A stretch of 63,697 nucleotides of DNA, counting the filler, from Calcarisporiella thermophila CBS 279.70 (taxonomy: Eukaryota; Fungi; Calcarisporiellomycota), in NCBI RefSeq assembly GCF_041956535.1. It is 5 parts of 5 records of this genome, joined end to end, with 100 filler letters (N's around TTAATTAATTAA, not from the genome) between each part and the next. Parts side by side here need not be neighbours in the genome. Positions count along the whole stretch, not along the records: positions 54,937 to 63,697 come from NW_027192217.1; 4 more parts are not named here. The stretch is one strand, 5' to 3'. Both the position numbers and the translations under genes were made by a program. The notes under the pieces are model-generated. The model was given only the letters and a program-made list of their open reading frames with translations. It searched no databases and had not been told where the DNA came from. Positions 61,794 through 63,697 of the stretch are shown piece after piece; position 1 is the stretch's first letter, and the number at the start of each line of letters is the position of its first letter.

Positions 61794-63153
61794 ATGACAG
61801 AAACCGCCCCTACACTCCGACAAAGACACGCTCAAACGGACTCTCAGGATCAACAAAATGGCGATAAGCTCGCCTATATGTCCATGCACTCTTCCCTTAT
61901 TGAATCCGACCAAAGCTTATTTACTAAACTGTTTACCAAGAAATCGGCCCTTAGCCAAGGAATCATGCAAAAATATTCCTCCCTTTGGGACCATACGAAA
62001 AAACCCGACGAGAACGAGGACGAACGGTTGGGGAAAGCTCAGGAAATGACCGAAGCATACTATCATACAGTGACCGACTTTTATGAATACGGCTGGGGAC
62101 AATCATTCCACTTTTGTAGAATTTTTCCAGGTATGTAATTACGTTATTTTTATATTTGAATTGAATGACTTATTTTTTGCTGCTTCCCATGAAATATAGG
62201 CGATACCTTTGAGCAGGCACTGACACGCCAAGAGGACTGGCTTGCTATTAAATTGGACTTAAAGCCTGGAAAAACGGTCCTTGATATTGGTTGTGGTGTC
62301 GGCGGTCCTGGTCGTGAGCTGGTTCGTGTAAGTGGATGTCACACCACAGGTGTAAACATCAATGAATATCAGGTAGCTCTTTTATACTATTCTTTGTCTC
62401 TCTATTGCTACTAACATTTCCTGGTGGTAAATTGCCGTTTGTATAGATTGAGCGCGCAAGGATGTATGCTCAACGTTTTGGATTAGAGAACCAAACACGC
62501 TACGAAGTCGGCGATTTTTGCAACATGCATATGCTTGACTCCAACACCTTCGATGCCGCAGTGACGTTTGAGGCGACACCACATGCCCCTGATTTGAAGT
62601 TACCATATGGTGAAATGTTCCGCCTTTTAAAACCAGGAGGCCTGTGTGGTATTTTTGAATGGTGCACAACAGAGAACTATGATCCTTCGAATGAAAAACA
62701 TCGCCAAATTATTTTCGGAATTGAGGTGAGGATTACCTTTTCTTGGAATATGTAAGAATAGAAAATTTTTTTTACTTACATTGCCGTGGGATTTTCTAGA
62801 CCGGAAATTCCATTGCCAAGATTCGGTCCACTGCTGAGGCACTAGAGGCCGCTAAGTCTGTTGGTTTTGAAGTGATCGAGGAGTATGACCTTGCTGCCGA
62901 GCCTGGGTTAGTTCCATGGTATACCTTCCTTAAACCCGCCTACACACCTCGTGGCATTGCACGCACCCCCCTTGGACGCCTGGTCACAGCATCCCTCGTC
63001 TCGGTCCTGGAGACGCTGAGAATCGCACCTGCCGGCTCTGCTAAAGCAGCCAGAATTTTAAATGTAGCTGCTGATAATCTAGTAGCTGGAGGAGAGGAAA
63101 AAATCTTCACGCCAAACTACTGGATGTTACTTCGAAAGCCCACTTCAAACTGA
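61794..63153 (+). CDS. ERG6: Sterol 24-C-methyltransferase (4 exons; probable 5'UTR intron 61684-61760)
   Basis: [19 protein letters not shown]; [14 protein letters not shown]; GVNINEYQ; FEATPHAP; RLLKPGG; [12 protein letters not shown]. Confidence 0.9.
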
Positions 63154-63544
63154 TCTATATCGTAAAATACACTTTCTTATGTCTGATATCCCTACTGTTA
63201 ATTGTATAGAAGGAATAGTTTATATCTCTAGAGTCAGCTAATTTCCTATGGCTATTTTATAACCAGTTGTGCATACTTGGATAATGCAATCCTTTCTTAC
63301 TGGGATCTAAAAAGATGACCGCAACTCATTTTAAGCCATTATCCTTAAATCAAAAATTCAAACTATGTTGAGGAGGAAAGCTGAACCACAACTGTTTTTG
63401 AGCACTCAATACGAGTTATAGTTGTCTAAAACTCCTGCTCAAGTGAAAGCAGAGTAATGGAAGTTGTATAATTGGATAGATGGCGTATAAATGTTATTGT
63501 TATCGCAAAATATAATTTCTTTTAACACCATTTAAAAAAATTTC

Positions 63545-63616
63545 CTCTCCGGCCGGGAATTGAACCCGGGTCGCCCGCGTGACAGGCGGGAATACTAACC
63601 ACTATACTACCGAAGA
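63545..63616 (-). tRNA. tRNA-Asp(GTC), identical to the 54966-55037 copy
   Basis: Exact reverse complement over 72 nt; T-run terminator follows on the minus strand. Confidence 0.96.
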
Positions 63617-63697
63617 CTTTCGTCATTTTTTTGTAACGTTGGTATTATGTACAGAAAATGTTGAATGCGCCACTACAAGCCAAAAAAAACCTCTTTC

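Noticed and set aside
1-63697. CRISPR arrays, rRNA, prokaryotic operons or defence systems
   Set aside because: No regularly spaced repeats or rRNA-like sequence seen; genes are eukaryotic with spliceosomal introns

Overview
Eukaryotic fungal genomic DNA with short GT-AG introns and about 40-45% GC by eye. Gene content points to an early-diverging Mucoromycota fungus (inference). The window is five contigs joined by artificial 100-nt N44-TTAATTAATTAA-N44 spacers, so adjacency across spacers means nothing. Contig 1 (1-28423) holds tRNA-Gly, a YTP1-like gene, secreted/surface proteins, G6PD, an AA11-type LPMO, S1/P1 nuclease, a DUF1295 protein, a Whi2-like gene and a USP deubiquitinase. It also carries a compact intronless cassette: MFSD1-like transporter, IucA/IucC (NIS, rhizoferrin-synthetase-like) synthetase, and a second MFSD1-like transporter, with paired ATCWGATAG GATA boxes in the divergent promoter. 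This cassette is the best candidate for an undescribed system. Contig 2 (28524-30501) is a bacterial-style NRPS fragment with a spliceosomal intron. Contig 3 (30602-51597) has a microsomal P450, a DHA2 MFS pump, a fungal TF with a decayed Zn2Cys6 domain, a self-sufficient P450-reductase fusion, a RimJ/RimL GNAT and small secreted Cys-rich proteins. Contig 4 (51698-54836) has a full-length but dead Tc1 DD34E element and a Sola2-like transposase fragment. Contig 5 (54937-63697) has two identical inward-facing tRNA-Asp genes bracketing a multi-START protein, an ankyrin protein and a divergent sterol C24-methyltransferase. All family calls come from motif recognition by eye; no database searches were run.
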